A stretch of 24,000 nt of DNA from Anthocerotibacter panamensis C109 (GTDB lineage: Bacteria; Cyanobacteriota; Cyanobacteriia; Gloeobacterales; Anthocerotibacteraceae): positions 3,294,667 to 3,318,666 of the forward strand of contig NZ_CP062698.1 of assembly GCF_018389385.1 (NCBI RefSeq). Direction: 5' to 3'. The translations under genes were made by a program, and so were the position numbers. The first letter of the stretch is position 1. Every line of letters starts with the position of its first letter. Below are positions 22,128 through 24,000 of this stretch, piece by piece. Under the pieces are notes generated by a model that ran no database searches, was not told the origin of the DNA, and saw only the letters and a list, made by a program, of their open reading frames with translations.

Positions 22128-22588
22128 AGAAGGATGGCTCCTGGTTCGCAGTTGGGCAGCTCGCTCCTAGATCAAAAAAGGCGACGGGGTACAGCCTGGA
22201 GGTCGAGGATGACCATACATATTTTGTTGGAGATTCTGGCGCGTGGGTGCATAATGAGTGTCTTGCTGCAAAGGGGGCAAGTGAGCTTTCCTTCGGTCGT
22301 AAGTTGGACTTCCTTTTCAACAAGGGAATTGACCAATCCAACGCCTACAACGCTGCGCGCGCCGCAGGTAATGCTGAACGAATCGGTATTGCCGATACAG
22401 CAGCGAATCGCGCCGAAGTTGCGAGGCTATTCAATCAGGCCTATCGAGATCCTTCTTCTATTGTTGAGCCGGGGAAGGTTCTCGGCAGCAACCTCCGAGA
22501 GTTCTTCCTTCCCGGCGTTACCGGGACTGGCTCAAAGATCCAGTTCGTTGAGAGGGGTGGACAGGTGATCACCATCATTGCCAAGTAA
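22128..22588 (+). pseudogene. orphan cassette of a second toxin type: C-terminal fragment of a Hint domain plus ~105-aa toxin domain
   Basis: Immediately after the MITE, KDGSWFAVGQLAPRSKKATGYSLEVEDDHTYFVGDSGAWVHNECLAAKG is paralogous to 23529-23674. The unique tail reads ASELSFGRKLDFLFNKGIDQSNAYNAARAAGNAERIGIADTAANRAEV...GSKIQFVERGGQVITIIAK. Confidence 0.7.
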
Positions 22589-22598
22589 GAAGATTGAT

Positions 22599-23081
22599 AT
22601 GGAATTTATCTCAGTGTCCTGGACATCTGTCGAGTCAAAGAATGCCTTGAGCAACTTTTTAGCCAAAGAAGGTGCCACGAGCGAACTGGCGACAGCAGAT
22701 CCAAATACATGGGGCTTCTTCCCGCTGCCGAATGGTAAGAAGCTTGTGGTTGGCTATGCGAATTTGGGCTTGACGCCAGTGGCTACCGTGGTGAACGGCC
22801 ACTTGCTCATCGGTATCAATGAAATCCTTGCTGGCTTTGATCTGAACACCCTACAGAGAACGTTCATATATCGCATGCCATCCGTCTTTCACGAATTCGT
22901 ATCGCTCAAGGATCCGGTCATCGTTCGCGACGAAGTGGGGTTCATTTGCATTTCAGCTACAGGAGTGGAGAGATGGGCGCTCTTGACGAACGGGCCAATC
23001 AATCAGTTCACAATCGAAGGTGCGTTCATCCGTGGAGTGACCATTGACGATGAGCCGTTCAAGTTCGCCATTCCTTCATAA
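22599..23081 (+). CDS. putative immunity protein for the Hint-type orphan toxin
   Basis: ATG at 22599, 10 nt after the toxin stop, is preferred over the TTG at 22578. 160 aa. Unlike the Rhs-array immunity genes, it is not AT-rich. Confidence 0.5.
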   Translation: MEFISVSWTSVESKNALSNFLAKEGATSELATADPNTWGFFPLPNGKKLVVGYANLGLTPVATVVNGHLLIGINEILAGFDLNTLQRTFIYRMPSVFHEFVSLKDPVIVRDEVGFICISATGVERWALLTNGPINQFTIEGAFIRGVTIDDEPFKFAIPS

Positions 23082-24000
23082 TTCTTTGCTGCAAAGGGGG
23101 TAGCAGCCGATGCCCAGTTCGCGCAGAAGACCTAAGCTGCGGAGTACGGTTAGTCTCACGCTTGGGACGGGGCGGGCGCTCTGTCCGTCGCTTTGAGGCG
23201 AGTGTTCAGGAGGTGCGCACAGTCGCCAATGGTCTGGGTTGCTCGTTCGTGGCAGGTACTCCAGTTCTGGCTGAGGGTGGACAGCAGCCCATCGAGAAGC
23301 TCAAGCCGGATGATAAAGTCCTGGCAAGAGATGAAGTGACAGGTGCACAGAACTATCAACGGGTCCTCCAAACCTTTGCCACGCCCAATGACCCGCTCTA
23401 TGACCTGGAACTAGTCAGCGCAACCGGGAAGCGAGAAGTACTCGGAGTAACGGGCAATCATCCCTTCTGGGTCAAGGACAAGGGCTGGACAGAGACCGAC
23501 CTACTCAAGCCGGGGATGCAAGTCGCGGGCAAAGATGGCTCCTGGCTGATGGTTGGGAAGTTCGTGCCTAGAGCGGAACGGGCGACGGGGTACAACCTGG
23601 AGGTTGAGGATGATCACACGTACTTTGTGGGGGATTCCGGGGCGTGGGTACATAATGAATGTCTTGCCGCAAAGACAGCAGAGACGGTTGCGGCTGATGC
23701 AGCGGCGGCAGGAGGTAGAGGGCCAAGCTTTATTGCGGCTGCGGACGGTAGCGTCTTTCCAGTTCCGAGAGGAGCAACAGGGCCACTCCCGACACGAGCT
23801 CCTGGAATGCAGTTTACCGGCGGCTCTGGCGGATACGGCCTTGACCCGCGAGTAACTGGTGTTCGTTTCATGGACGCCAACGCAAACCAAGGAGCGCGAG
23901 CGGTTTACATGAATCAAGCCGGGCAGACGGTGAATCCGTTCACCGGTCGTACTGTGCCATACAGCGATCCAACCGCGCACTTCTACTTCAACCCGAACCC
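23054..24000 (+). CDS. Hint-domain polymorphic toxin fragment (no start identified; open at the 3' window edge), missed by the ORF track
   Basis: Frame is open from 23054 to 24000. Complete mini-Hint at 23240-23656, then LAAKTAETVAADAAAAGGRGPSFIAAADGSVFPVPRG...GGYGLDPRVTGVRFMDANANQGARAVYMNQAGQTVNPFTGRTVPYSDPTAHFYFNPN, continuing beyond the window. Confidence 0.75.
23083..23133 (+). other. relic of a third Hint/toxin junction (FAAKGVAADAQFAQKT-stop)
   Basis: TTTGCTGCAAAGGGGG at 23085-23100 repeats CTTGCTGCAAAGGGGG at 22262-22277. The encoded AAKGVAADA resembles AAKTAETVAADA at 23666 onward. It is followed by a stop after 17 codons. Confidence 0.4.
23240..23656 (+). other. mini-Hint (bacterial intein-like / pre-toxin HINT) domain, 139 aa
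   Basis: N-terminal CSFVAGTPVLAEGGQQPIEKLKPDDKVLARDE and C-terminal GYNLEVEDDHTYFVGDSGAWVHN are the canonical Hint block A and block F/G signatures (Cys1 ... HTYFV ... VHN). Confidence 0.8.

Noticed and set aside
22065-22568. 167-aa ORF spanning the MITE and the Hint fragment in another frame, plus the antisense ORF 22111-22341.
   Set aside because: It starts inside a noncoding MITE and overlaps a frame with clear Hint and toxin homology. The translation is Arg/Ser/Leu-rich with no motifs.
23156-23980. Minus-strand ORFs 23156-23371, 23501-23980 and 23614-23880, and the plus-strand alternative-frame ORF 23553-23855.
   Set aside because: All overlap the open + frame that encodes a canonical Hint domain and its extension. 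Their products are low-complexity off-frame artefacts of GC-rich DNA.

Overview
The window is dominated by polymorphic-toxin loci, with all toxin and immunity genes on the + strand. A full-length 2109-aa Rhs/YD-repeat gene (208-6537) has a GTG start with a strong SD and a Sec-type signal peptide. No PAAR/VgrG-like N-terminus is visible. It is followed by its putative immunity gene and then by six 5'-truncated orphan C-terminal cassettes, starting at about 9210, 10926, 12634, 14877, 18036 and 19447. Each cassette ends in a different small toxin domain. Each is followed by a small, visibly AT-richer putative immunity gene, often ATGA-coupled. The conserved part downstream of the Rhs core is unusually long and modular. 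Its order is: Rhs core end (DPSGL), a linker (Ig-like, or Cys-rich plus poly-Gly), an IPT/TIG-like domain (7 copies), a Gly/Ala-rich hydrophobic segment ending in an invariant (L/I)(L/F)EQQ(Y/F)YA boundary (5 copies), then the variable toxin. The main gene also carries accessory-domain insertions: a block at 2302-3090 inside the YD shell, and five FG-GAP/VCBS-like repeats at 4042-4809 just before the core-end motif. Mobile DNA scars the array. An IS5-family element (7143-8590, TATA duplication) sits in the 3' end of the first immunity gene and is itself broken by a 220-bp MITE with a 10-bp duplication. There is also an IS66-like transposase fragment (19249-19440) and a 99-bp MITE carrying the IS5-type termini (22027-22125). 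A kptA/tpt1-like RNA 2'-phosphotransferase gene is translationally coupled to the last Rhs-cassette immunity gene. From 22128 to the window end, a second and visibly GC-richer toxin array uses a mini-Hint (intein-like) domain with a VHNECLAAK junction instead of an Rhs core. No rRNA, tRNA or CRISPR array was seen. All domain names come from motif recognition by eye; no database search or computation was run.
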